From positions 1,860,001 to 1,924,000 of the forward strand of contig OZ287074.1 in NCBI GenBank assembly GCA_965645245.1: a stretch of DNA of 64,000 bases. The letters run 5' to 3'. Below the pieces are notes generated by a model. That model saw only the letters and a program-made list of their open reading frames with translations, was not told the origin of the DNA and did not search any database. The position numbers were made by a program, and so were the translations under genes. Source of the stretch: Massalongia carnosa. Lineage: Eukaryota. This document shows, in pieces, positions 15,149 through 27,735 of the stretch (position 1 is the stretch's first letter; each line of letters begins with the position of its first letter).

Positions 15149-18100
15149 TGAACCTCAGAAAATGAATGGCGGACGGAGATAGGATGACAAGTAGCGCGAG
15201 AAGAATACATGAGAAGAGAAAGGGGAGTTTGCGACGAATTGTGTAAGTGATGCAGTATCGCAAGCACGGTCCACAGGGCTGGGTGTGCAATGGTGAAATT
15301 TGTTTTTGCTGCTGCTGCGAGACTTTTTGGACCGGATGGCAGACGGTGATGATGCAAGGTTATGGTAGCCTCCAATCAGCTGTTGGAGGCACCGTTGGCA
15401 AATGACAGAGCTGCAAGGAATAGGGCTAACCTCGGTGGTTGCAAAACGTCCAGCGGGGTCAGGAGAATGCAGGAACCGTGATAATCAGTGATACTAGAAA
15501 CGTGAATTAGAGACGTGAACAAAGTTCCCTTCCGTTGATGCATCTCATGCCATCCGAACTGGATCGATTCCCATTATGCATCGAAGTGGGGATGGGCTGT
15601 CAAAATTAAGGGCAGTCAATCCTGTAGCGAACAGATTGCGCGTGCATGATTTGATAAACGAGAAACGCAGCTTTGGAATGTAGCATGAAGAAAAAGAAAG
15701 AAAGGAAGGGAAAAGAAAAGCAAGCGCAGCGGCGCAATTGACCAAAGGGAGCGGAAGAACCCTACAGAGTACTATGTACAACCCATTCGGGGCGATGGCT
15801 GATGACGAGGTTAGGGCGGCAGATCGGCCAGGGGCGGGAGGAAGGCAAGGGATACGGGGTGGCCCGGATAGGCGTTGGGGATTTTCGTAGCGTGCGAAGA
15901 CTGCATGAATCATCCTTCAATCTTCGCAGCTCAAGCCATCCCTAACTCTATACCGCCGGCGGCCATTACGAATCGCTGGCAATATGTCTCAGCACCCAGC
16001 TCTTCCCTCGCTAACACATGCTCGTGGTCTTTAATCATATTCGCGATCGCGCATCATCATTCTACCAAATGTGCGACACCGAAACAAATATAAAGTATCG
16101 CCGCACTTGGGCCAACATAGAAGCAGTTTCTCATATTCTCGTGAATGTGTTGACTCGGGGAGCACAAAGCCATCTCATCTTACAAAGGATATTCCAAAAT
16201 CATCAAGCGTTCACAGCAGAGCAAGTTGAGTTTGATACGTGGCTCGAGTTGACGTCCCTTGTGAAAGCCTTAAACCATGAGAAGCGCTTTTACTGTCATG
16301 TCGTAATAGCCCGAAAGCCTTTCCAGAGCATTCCGAGTAGTTTGATCTACTAGATTCTAGGCTCGCATCGCATCGTAAGAGGACGCACCTCCAGCTAATG
16401 AATCACCCTAGATCTCCACGTATCAGGACACAAAAAACATAATACCTCGTCGTGCTCGTCGTGCTCGTATGTGACGCATGTTACAGGCAGCGGTAAATTC
16501 AATGGTTTGCGTTCGCAAATGAATATTGTTGGTATTCTCCATGCGATATGGTTGGATTCAACATCTATGGTCTCCTCCTGCAACATGCTTCTTACACTTC
16601 CGGAGTTGTTCGCCAAGTGTGGGCATCTCTACCGAAGATAATGGAAGCGCTGTCAGCTTGGATTTAATCTAGATCGGAAAAGGACTTAGCTCTCGGTTGA
16701 AGAGCTATTCCGTGTATTTTACGGCACTGACAGAGCCTCAAAGATCTGACTGTAGCTCAGGGCTGACCACCAACGAGGCTTCGTTCGAAGTCTTAAACAA
16801 CAAACTTCCAATGGCATACTGACCTGAGCTGGCTCGCTACATCTAGAATAGCTGACCGTGTAGTTTTAGGTGATTTAGTAGGAAAGTTGCTATACCCTAG
16901 TTGCCTTTAACTGTCGCGCACATCAAGGCCGCTATGAGTTGTTAAGGCGTGAACTCGGCTACTCTGAAACTCTTCGCAATTAGCATTTGGTCAAGACGCT
17001 CATCTGATATTTTAAGCCTTGGGTTCTTACGGACTCCGTCCTCATGGGCAAGCTGTAATTCGCATAGTGAGTTAACACACAAAGAGGACTAACGAACCCA
17101 AGTAAGAAATCCATCAAGGCTCTTGTTGGTATCATTTCAAGTTTATGCGCTTCTTGCTAAATAGACTTGCGGAAAACCGCAACACTAGGAAGAGAATACG
17201 TTATAGAGCACAGGCCCTCAATTAACTGCATAAATGGCGTTGAAATTCGCGATTTTAAGGCTAAGTTAAGCTCTCTCATCTTGCTAAAGGGGAAGGATGG
17301 TTTTGCCAGGACACTTTTTGCTGATGCTCTATGACGAGGAACTGTCTAAGGAATGGCTTCCTAAGAGTCTCATCCATAAAGCGGACCTCAGCACAGAGCC
17401 AGTATTTTGTAAGATGTGCAGACCGTCTGTTGTCCCTGTTATGTTTCCAGCAGAGCGAGTATAAATGAAATATGCTGCTTTTGAGGGAACTAGGGTTTGA
17501 TCATGAATCCTCACCTTTCAGTTCACAAATACACGTCCATGTCAGCATTCCGCGGGATTTTTATGTGGCTGAGATCTGGTCTTCTTATAAAAGCATCAAA
17601 CTGGCTTGAAATAGTCAGATTGAGCACTGACATTTTTCTCGTATTGAGATATCAAAAAACCTTGGAGAAACATAGCTGAATTCTACGCATGCCGATGTCC
17701 ATACTATCAGCAAAGCAAAAATTTACCTTGGGGAATCATGTCTCGTACTTACTCGGCCCATGCCTATGATGGTGGTCCGTCCATGCTTCGTATCAAGAGC
17801 AGTAAATGTTTCCCGCTTCACAAAGAGTAACTGTGCGTGTGCTATATTCTCACAAAATTGACCTTACAATAGCAAACTCAGACACAGAAAAGGCTTCTTG
17901 CCGTCACTAGTAGTTGCATCAGCTTCAAAATTTGGCACATAGGCTGAAGCAAGTGTCACAATCCAGGGCACCAATTAGCTATGCGAAATCGAAGCAACTT
18001 TTCTCCAGATGGGAAAGGAGTAATCGAGAAGAAGCCGGCCAGAAATCCTCTGTCTGGCCTTGGTTCATACCTACCAAACCTTCTATTGCTGAGCAGCCTT

Positions 18101-20494
18101 TGGAATGCTATCTTATCGTAAGGTATGGGTGGCCCCGGACGGATGAATGAGTAGATGATACCTCGATAAACATCGTTGTACTTGTGGCGAATAGAGGGTT
18201 GATAGAACTGAAAGTTAGGTGATGGGTCTCTCTCCTAGATTGCTAAACTATGCGCACTTGAGAGATTTGAGAAGTACCAAGTCTTGGCTTAACACAGAAA
18301 ACAAGTTATCCAATTCTTCAATTATGACCATTACAGCAGGGGTTGATGACTTACCTGTGCCATAATCATCCGTCAGCAAGAAGCCTAGATACGAGGAGGC
18401 TCTAGAGCAGCAAATTCTAGAAGTAACTAGACGAAGCCCATTTCACTTAGAAGAGGCAATACTGACAAGAAGTATTGAGAATAGTATCCTCCGTGAGCGG
18501 ACCGACATAGGGGGGGAAACGATAACGCCTACAGCATTTATTAAAATCCAGAAGAACGAAGGCAAAAATTTCAATGACGAGAGTTTTTGACAAAGGTATT
18601 CCAAGCAGCAGTCTTCAGATCTACACAACTGGATGCCTCAAGCATATAGAGGTAAAATTTTTGCCTTGCCGCCCAAGAAAAAAATTAACCCTTCTTGCCA
18701 CAGAGCAAGATAAAAAAGCAACGATTATGGATGATAGTTCGCCCGCCGTTGTAGAGCTGGACTAACCCGAAAGTTCTATGCAGCCTTGTTACCAGCGGGT
18801 GGGATCAATATCCCAATGGCAGTCGATCTCGGCAAAACTTTGGGGTTTTAGCTGTTGCAACAAACGATCGTAATTGGTATCCAGCATACGCATATGATGG
18901 ATTGGCCTCAAAGTTAGATCTAACAGCGCTTCAAGGTGGTAGTGGTGGTTGTTGTTGTTGTATGAATACTCTGTACCCCGATAGGAGATGAGTTACCTGG
19001 GGAAACAAAAGGCCTCAGTCGAGTATTAAATCCTACCATGGCTGAATAAACTAGTCGTTACAGGCATCAAGAAGCACTCCAAAGACGCCAAGGGAGTTAA
19101 GGTGTGGCTGTACTCTGTACCGATCCGCAAGATGGGCCGTTACCAGATGGGTGAACAGTCGAAACGGATTGAACAAACACCCGAGGGATAGGTCCAAAGA
19201 GTCGGTATCAAATCCCTCCTGTACAATGAAGCAATGAAACCAAGGCCAGCAGCTGTACTCTACAGAGCATCACGAGTCAAGAGCCCATCTATCAAACAAG
19301 CCGGTAAGAGTACAAGCAAAGCCTACAACATGAATCCCATAATCTTGGTTCTGCGGGCGAGATTGTGGCTTTTCTGATCGATTTGGTTTCTCTGGCTGAT
19401 GGGAATCATGCAGCCGCCAAAAAGCATCTATGCATCAGGTTCGTGGGGGTGAAAGTAAAAGCTTGAGACAGTCAGGTTCAATGAATGACCCAGGACCCAA
19501 CCCAAGTATCGAGTTAGGCTATTCCATCATGCCGATTAGTTCCAATTGTTCGTTTTCCAGCGTATGCTCGCTTGAGTCGCGGATTCCTTTAGAGGTACGA
19601 ATCTTGTGATGAGCCGCTCTTCAGTAGCCGAACGACAATGAAAGGAGCGATACCTAGTAATCTGCTTGGTTAATGAATCAGCACCTGCATATCCATCATC
19701 GCTTGCAAAAGCCTAAAATTTTATGCGCGCGGATTGGACAGCGCCATTGCTCCGAGGAAATTTGCATGCGGCGTGAGTTGGTCAAGACAGCACTTTGTAC
19801 CGAGCTCTCAACTTTATAACTCACCTTCGCCAGCTCCGAACACTTCTCACCAACACCGTGCATGATAAGCAGACTAGCAAGAAACGTATCTAGCACCTGA
19901 GCTCGCGCCTGGGGTGTCATAGGCTCAGGATAGCGGAAAGCGTATTCTGTTCTGTGTCCCTAGTGGACCAGAAGAATGTACTCTATACGGAGTGCTCTTT
20001 ACAGAGTATATCGCCATGCGTTCGTTAAACCACGCGTATGTAAGCGACGATATATCCGATTCCCCACCATCTTCGGGATTGATTGTCTGTGGATCAGCAT
20101 GATGATGAGGGCAACAAGGATTCCTTGGGCTGGGCTACCTGCAGGTTTCGGGATGGATGACATGTGATAGAAGATGGAGGGTGTGAAAGGCCACGTGTGT
20201 AGGAAATGCACAAGCTCTAACTCCCCAACCATGATGTCGCTTCGTGGATGCTGCATATTTGTTACTTTGGTCAATGATCAGCGTGTTGTGCCTAGGTAGG
20301 GAAAGCACCTTGATCATTCTCGATTTAGTCGGAATTAGGGTTTCATCTCCTCCGTACTCTGTACTCCGTACTCTGTACTTCGTACAATGTACTCGGTACA
20401 ATGTACTCGGTATTTCTTCTCCTCTGGTCATCTTGCTATGTCTTTATTTTAAACCCCAAGCTTTGGGAAACCACACCAACCTCTCTCTCCAAAA

Positions 20495-22526
20495 ATGGCC
20501 ATTTTCACCCAAGAGCTTTCGTTCACTGTTGTGGGCTTGTCGTTCATCGCCTACCTCCTGGCTAAGGTCATATATCGGCTGTATCTCAGTCCTCTGGCCA
20601 AGATTCCTGGTCCCAGGTGGGCAGCGGCAACGGTGTTCTACGAAGCCTATTACAGCATCGTTAAAGACGGCCAGTTTTTGTTCAAAATCCGTGACCTCCA
20701 CGAGGAATATGGTCCCATCATCCGGATTGGCCCCAAAGAGCTCCACATCAACGACCCGGAAGCCTATGATCAAATATACTCCAATAACGGTCGTTGGAAT
20801 AAAGATCCAAGGTATGTGAAGCAGTTTGACAATACAGATTCCTCCTTCGGCACCGTGCCCCATGAACTCCATCGCCTTCGCCGCCGTGCTTTCCAAGGGT
20901 TCTTCTCCAAACAGAAGATTGCGTCCCTAGAGCCAATGATCCAGTCGATGGTGGAAAAACTCTGCGTAAGGTTGGAGGAATACCGAGTCAGTGGGAAGCT
21001 CCTGCCGATCAGGCACGCCTTTGAGTGCCTGACGAGTGATGTGATTATGGAATATGCCTTGGCAGTTAATGATGGGAACATCGACAAGCCAGAATTCAAC
21101 CCGGAGCTTCACGAAAGCATCAAGACCATGGGTGAGCTTGGACATTACATCAAACTCATCCCGGGGGCGCAAAGAATCTTCCCAATCATACCACCCTGGC
21201 TGCTTGTAGGCCTTGTCCCAGCGATGAAGCCAATGGTTGAGCTTCAAGAGGTGATTAACTCGCTTCCTTGCTTCGCATTAGGATACCAATTAACCAGCTT
21301 AATACTCTCAGCATTGCAAAAATCTGGCTAAGAGCATTTCCAACTCCGGTTCCGCTGATAAACCCAAAACCTATCCAACCGTCTGTCACGAAATTTACCA
21401 TGCAGACGAGCTCCCTGACTCCGAGAAAACATTCCGCCGCTTGCATCACGAAATCGAAACCTTTGTCATCGCCGGCACCGAAACCTCCGCACATGCTCTC
21501 GCCTGTATCACGTTTCATGTGCTTGACAATTCTCACGTTCTCTTTCGCTTACAACAAGAACTGCAAACTCTTCGGAATTCATCTCCGCAACCAAAACTTC
21601 GAGAATTGGAGCAGCTACCATATCTCACTAGTGTTTTGCTGGAAGGATTGAGACTTTCATATGGAGTCGCCACGCGCCTACCAAGGATTGCGCCGGATAG
21701 GGTAATTAAATATGGAGGGTTTGATATTCCTCCTGGGGTACGCACGCTGAAGTGGCTTTTGAGAAAATTCACAGCTTAGAACGTTCTCTTTGTTATCATC
21801 TTCCCTGCAAACATTAATTGTTTCTAATAAATTGAAAATCCTCTGCTGATAAACGAAATTCATTTGACAGACGCCTATATCTATGTCCTCGATGCTCATT
21901 CACCACAACGAATCAGTGTTCCCTAATCCCCTCCGCTTCGACCCCTTACGTTGGTTTGGGGATAAGAAACGACAACGGCTGGAGCCATTTTTAGTCAATT
22001 TTTCTAAAGGAACGAGGAACTGTGCCGGCATCAAGTATGTGTAATTTTCTTTCCGCTTTCCTACAAGTGTTTGCCTGTCACCAAGAAAGGGTTCAGACGC
22101 AAGTTTACCATGGGAGTGGCTTTATTCCTGTTCACAATTCACGATACCGCATACAAATTTTCAAGTTAATAATATGCTCTGATCCTGTCGAGATGTTGTC
22201 CCTTTCATTCATATTTAAGATGGGTACAGCCCGCTAAAATCAACCAATCAAGTCTCGCATGGGCCGAACTCTACCTCACTACCGCCGCCATTTTCTCCCG
22301 CTTCAATCTCCAACTCTCCGGAACAACAAGGGAAGACGTTACCCTTTACCGGTGAGCCTCGCGACATCCGCCGTTAACACCTATATTATCTAGCCTCTCT
22401 TCACCTCCGCTTCATCTTACCTCTACTGTTCTGTGTAGAGCTCCATACACTAATCAGCCTTGCAGAGAGAATTTCACCCCGCGAGCAAAAGCCGACTCCA
22501 AAGGCGTGCGTGTTTTAGTCGTCTAA
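20495..22526 (+). CDS. Cytochrome P450 monooxygenase (trichodiene oxygenase-like type), 5 exons
   Basis: N-terminal TM anchor, PLAKIPGP, YGPIIRIGPKELHI, I-helix AGTETS, EGLR (ExxR), FDPLRW and heme motif FSKGTRNCAG. The final exon ends GVRVLVV* at 22526. Confidence 0.93.
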
Positions 22527-22769
22527 TGTAGGACGCATCCTGAATTAGCATAAGGCTTGATCAAAAGATCTAGCTCTTGGTTGGAAAGCCAAACTAATGG
22601 GCACATGCAATAGCTATAAGGTTTTGTAGATACAAATGTGACTCCTATATTCATATACCATGTTTCCTATCCTTCTTCGTTGCCTAAATTGTTTGTCCCT
22701 CCCCGTTTACCATATTGCCTTGCAAATCCATGTTCGTGAAAGTTCTAAACACTATGTGCTAACCCCCAG

Positions 22770-23717
22770 TCACCTCTTCACAAATGCACTCTCCTTTTCG
22801 AGCCACTCCCCAAATCTTAATAACCCGGCGTGCTCCCTCCGCAACCCCTCCACATCAGCCCCGAACCCCTCTTCGCGAAACCAACGGAACATGAGCCCCA
22901 AATCTTTCATCGCCCACAAGCCCGCTCGCGCGAGAAATCCGTACGTGGTCGGTATGTCGGTGCCGACCTTATCGCGAAATATTTGCTCGGCTTGCGTGTA
23001 GGTAATCTCGTCGCTCGCGAGACTTAGGGCGCGGTTCGTGTACGCTTCGGGCGAGAGGAACGCCTGGGCGGCGACGACGCCGATGTCCGCGCAGGAGATC
23101 AGCTGCAGCGGCGCATGGGCACCGAGGGATTGTTTCCACGCCGTGGAAAAGAGTTTGCCCGGGAGATCGGGGGTAAAGTTATCCATGAAGGCCACAGGGC
23201 GGAGGATGGTCCACGACATCTCGCCGCCATGTTTCTCTGCTTGCTCCCGCAGGTGATGTTCGATGTTGTGCTTGGTGATGAAATGCGGGACGTTGGTCGG
23301 CGTGGCGAACGACTTCTCCCCCCCCGCGCCTCGTTCCACGGAGCTGAACACGAACCGCCGCACCCCCGCCGCGATAGCTGCGTCCACCAGCCCTTTTCCC
23401 TGGCGCTCCTCGCCGCCGCCCATGGGCGTCGTCACGCCGAAAACCCCCCACACGGGATGGAGCGTCGCTTGGGCCGCGGCGGCGAAAATCCCCGGGGAGT
23501 CGTCTAGGTCGCCTTGCACTAGCTGGACGTTGTTGGGAAGTTTCCGGGCGAGCGAGGCGGCGGAAGGGGAGCTCATATTGCGGGTTAGGGCTAGGATGGT
23601 GAGGGGGGTGGTGGATTTTAATGTCGATGTCGATATCGAGGCGAGTAGGGCGTCGATGGTGGCGCGGCCTTGTTTGCCAGTTGCGCCGGTGACGAGGATC
23701 GTTTTGGGGATGGACAT
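22770..23717 (-). CDS. NmrA-like NAD(P)-binding protein
   Basis: ILVTGATGKQG, ALTRN, VQGDLDD, FVFSSVERG, VPHFITKH, WTILRPVAFMDN. Intronless; start taken at MSIPK. Confidence 0.92.
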   Translation of the reverse strand: MSIPKTILVTGATGKQGRATIDALLASISTSTLKSTTPLTILALTRNMSSPSAASLARKLPNNVQLVQGDLDDSPGIFAAAAQATLHPVWGVFGVTTPMGGGEERQGKGLVDAAIAAGVRRFVFSSVERGAGGEKSFATPTNVPHFITKHNIEHHLREQAEKHGGEMSWTILRPVAFMDNFTPDLPGKLFSTAWKQSLGAHAPLQLISCADIGVVAAQAFLSPEAYTNRALSLASDEITYTQAEQIFRDKVGTDIPTTYGFLARAGLWAMKDLGLMFRWFREEGFGADVEGLRREHAGLLRFGEWLEKESAFVKR

Positions 23718-24589
23718 TTTTGTTTTGTTTTTGGTTTTGGATGCGTGAGTAGAATGTATCAATCACTCACGATGGGGAACTTGAAATCGAGGGGTCTAAA
23801 CAACGGAATGCGAAGTAAATATGCAATGGAAACCATGCGCGCGTGAACCCCATTTATATACTTTTCATCTAATCGTTAACTTACCTAAGTTAGTTTCATC
23901 CCCAGAAGAAATCCAGAAATCCGTATGAATAATTGCTTGCTTGAATTGACTATCAAACCCGGTGGTTTGGATAGCTAGGTTTAAGATCGGTAACGCTCGG
24001 GATCGAGATAACCGAAGGATCCGAAGCCGGCAAAGAGGGGAAGGATCTGGATCCGTGTTCCGAGTTGGGGATCGCGGTTCCCGGCCCAGGAAGGGAAGAA
24101 GGGGGATAGGTAATCAATCTGATATATACCCAGGTTTCTTTTCTTCGCCGACTATTGTTGGAGACTGGTTGCGTTTTTCAGCTGGCTACAGTATGTACAA
24201 GTAACTCCAGGACATTGCCAAATAATTACGACTTTTACCCTATGAAACTGATCGACCTGAGTATTTCTTAAATCTACATGACACTATTTATTTCTCTAAG
24301 GATTATGGAATTACGCATGGAAGCTCTCTCTAAACCTCATCAAGGTTTTCCACACAAGAGTGTTGAACGGGAGAGTTAATCCTTACCCGAAGCCTCATTC
24401 CGCGTGCCCCATCCCTCACTTTGAATTGCGGCCTTATGTACTCTGTACTCGTATTCGTTTAGCCTCACGTTATGTGGTTAATTATTAGGCAACAACTACG
24501 AGTAACTAAACCTCATCGAGGGTTTTCACAAGAGTGTTGAACGGGAGACTTCTAATTTCTTTGAATTCCCGGTCTTACGGAACTAGTTA

Positions 24590-27289
24590 ATCGTTGGCTA
24601 GTCGCTCGCTTAATCCTCTCTCCAAGAAGCATTCGCTTCTAGTCGGGGAAATAGGCTCGCAACGTTAAACCACCACTAAAGCACCACCGCATCATTTGAA
24701 TTACTATCACATTTACTATCACATTATTATATTATTATCACATTGTGGGTCCACCTACCTGCACCTGGCGTAATACGATGACTACGTCTTGGTGCTTGGT
24801 TTGGTGGATGATGAATGGATTCTATCTGGGAAGGGCTACTACCTATAGTGGGCGAACACGTGATAAGCACGTGCCCGCTTGTTCTAGCCCTTCCGATCCA
24901 TTCCATTCTAGCCTTATCTGGCTAGGTCCCTTCCTTCTAGAATCCCCCTAGAATCCCCTTCTGGAATCCCCCTTTTGGTACCTACACACATCATAAATCA
25001 TTGCTATCTATATCTACAGTGGATTCTGTATCCTTACAAACACGTATTAGTGATGCTAAAACATTCTTGTTGGAAAATCCTGACGAACGAACTGCATGCG
25101 CAGCTCAGATATTCAAAATTCGGCCTACAACGTTGTACAGCTCTATTGCGACTGATAAGAAATCTTCTTTTTCTGATATGAAATCTTCTTCTAACAAGAA
25201 ATCTTCTTCCAGTGCAAAAAGTGCAAGAGGTGGACAAAACAAGATACTTGAGGAGCATCAAGTAAAAGCGATTCATCACTTTATTCGATCCTTACTTGCA
25301 CAGGGTATTCAACCATCGCACGAAGTTGTATTCAATGCAATTGTCAGTTTAAAACGCGGGCAAAATCCTGAGTCGAGTGGACCTACTCTACGCTGGTTCA
25401 GAACATGGTGGAAAAAGAATAACCTACACAAGATCAAGACTAAGCCATTAGCAATGATACGATTCACCGCTGCACAAGAGAAGGATATACAGGCATGGTT
25501 TGTAGATTATTAGACAAGCTTTAAAGACGTTACAGATCAAAACAAAGAAGAATATTGTCAATTTCGATGATGCAGGCTTTCGTGTTGGGTGTATGAAAGG
25601 GCATCAAATTCTGGCATTCACAGACGTATTAGAAGTTAGATTCTATATTCTTATTCATTTATTCAGCAAGTTAAATATATGTTTTAGTTCTATGCGATAA
25701 GTCCTGAAAATCGTAAATCTCTCACGATATTTGAATGCATCAATGCAGCGGGCGACTATCCTCCACCACCTTTAATTCTTATACAAGGACATGAAATCAT
25801 GATGGACTGGTTTTCAAAAGAGCTGCCAAAGCGAACTCGAATTATACCTTCAAAAAACGGATTTACCTCTGACAAGATAGCACAGGTGTCTCTTCAGCAT
25901 TATATTGATCATTCAGACTCTGGACCAGAAGCAGACTGGAAAATAATGCTCATGGATAATCATGGCAGTCATTGTACTCCTGAGTTCATAGCTCTTGCTA
26001 ATATAAATCACATTCGTCCTTATCCACTTATACCGCATCTTACACACTGTATGTAGCCGCTTGATGTTGGAGTGTTTCAACCTTATAAACACTGGCATGA
26101 TATGACAATTCAAGATGCTCTACTGGAATTCAATGTTGAGTATACATTACAGCGATTTCTTGCGGATCTTACTAAGATACGTGATAATACTTTCAAGAAG
26201 TGTACTATTCGAAGTGCTTTTGAGAAATCAGGAATGTGGCCTGTTAATGCTAAAAACTGCATCTCACTGCTTAAAACTTTCAAGCCGCCTGATGCTCAAG
26301 AAAAGCTACACAAAAAGAAAAAGAGCCTACTCTTCCAATCTTGCCTCATATTCAGCCAACATCCTCAATGGATGTTGAAATAGGACTTCAAACATGGCAG
26401 AAGAAAATTCAACAAGGAATGTTGTGGAGTGATCCGGCTCGCTCAGAGCAATTTGAGTCGTTTGTTAATGATACAAAAACCGTTTGTACACAAGCTACGT
26501 TTAATGATATTCAGTTATCTATATATCAGAAAAGAAGAGAAGATGACTTAAAACAGAAATCTACCTCTCGTAAGCGATTACGAACCTTAGGTTCAGGATT
26601 AGGGCTTACTAAAGAGAATGCTGAGGAGATGATTGCAGCAAAGGAAAAACAAGCTAAAGAAACAGAAGCAAAGAAGCAGCATCAGACATGGATGAAGATT
26701 TGGCGTATGGAAAGAGACGCCAAATATGCCGAAGGAGTGATTGCTCGAAAGCAAGAAAGAAATCGTTTACGACAAATTTAAGAGCTTTCAAAAAAATATC
26801 TTGCTATTTCCTCCGAGCATCTTATTCCTATTCCCGATCCCGAAGCAATTTGGAAGGCAACAGATGTTACTTGACAAGAAGAAGAGAGAAAGAAAGCGAA
26901 AAAGACTAAATCTCAAGTATATAATGAAGATGAAGATGAAGATGAAGATGAGGCGGAGACAACATTCATCACAGATGTTACAGGTGATTCTTCTTTGCAA
27001 AGAGATTTTCTGCCGTTTGATGAAGACGATACTGATGGAGGCAACGAGTCTGACAATGATGTACAAGAACAATTAGGATATTACTAGGTTTCAGCTCTTT
27101 ATAAAGCGGCAATAGTAATTTAACGATGTGATAAGAATATAATAATGTGATAGTAAATGTGATAGTAATTTAAATGATGCGGTGGTGCTTTAGTGATATG
27201 GTGCTGGTTTAACGTTGCTTTCCTACGAAGTTTGCTTTTCCCGACTAGAAGCGAATGCTTAGAGGATTAAGCGAGCGACTAGCCGACGT
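24590..27289 (+). mobile_element. pogo/Fot1-family DNA transposon with long TIRs, decayed
   Basis: Inverted termini of about 155-165 bp (24590-24745 vs 27124-27289). The right end is ...GCCGACGT followed by TA. Transposase remnants lie inside. Confidence 0.9.
25001..27086 (+). pseudogene. pogo/Fot1 DDE transposase pseudogene
   Basis: HTH and CENP-B-like N-terminus, VNFDDAGF, LMDNHGSH and THCM*PLDVGVF, with in-frame stops and frameshifts and an acidic tail. Confidence 0.88.
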
Positions 27290-27735
27290 TACAGTACAGT
27301 CCTTATAACTAGATATGTATCGGCAAAAAGAACAAGACCTAGTGAGGTGTTATTTTACAGCTGGGTTTTAGGGGGAATGGATGATGAAATCTTGACTTTT
27401 TGAATGTTAAACCCGTTGGGCTAAATTGATTGTGGAATTTGACTAGTAATCTATCTATTTGATGATTCGATGAATCATCAAAAGAACTAAGGCATTTGTT
27501 GAGGATTTTACGAGACGTTTTATTGTGATGTCAAATATAGTTACATATGTCGCAGCACGTGCCGTTATATGTGAACCATAGAATACGGTGTAATCCGTAC
27601 GGTACTCCGTATAACTAGCCTCCGTAGATCCATTTGCAACCACCCTTGCCCTGGCATTTAGTTTCGCCTAGCAGGCAGGAAACGACGCAGAAAACAGATC
27701 GCCCTTCCTCCCGCACTCAAGACACCCCCTAACTT

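Noticed and set aside
16890..17370. Coding-looking + strand frame with scattered stops (possible RIP relic)
   Set aside because: The stop density is near random expectation and I recognised no motif.
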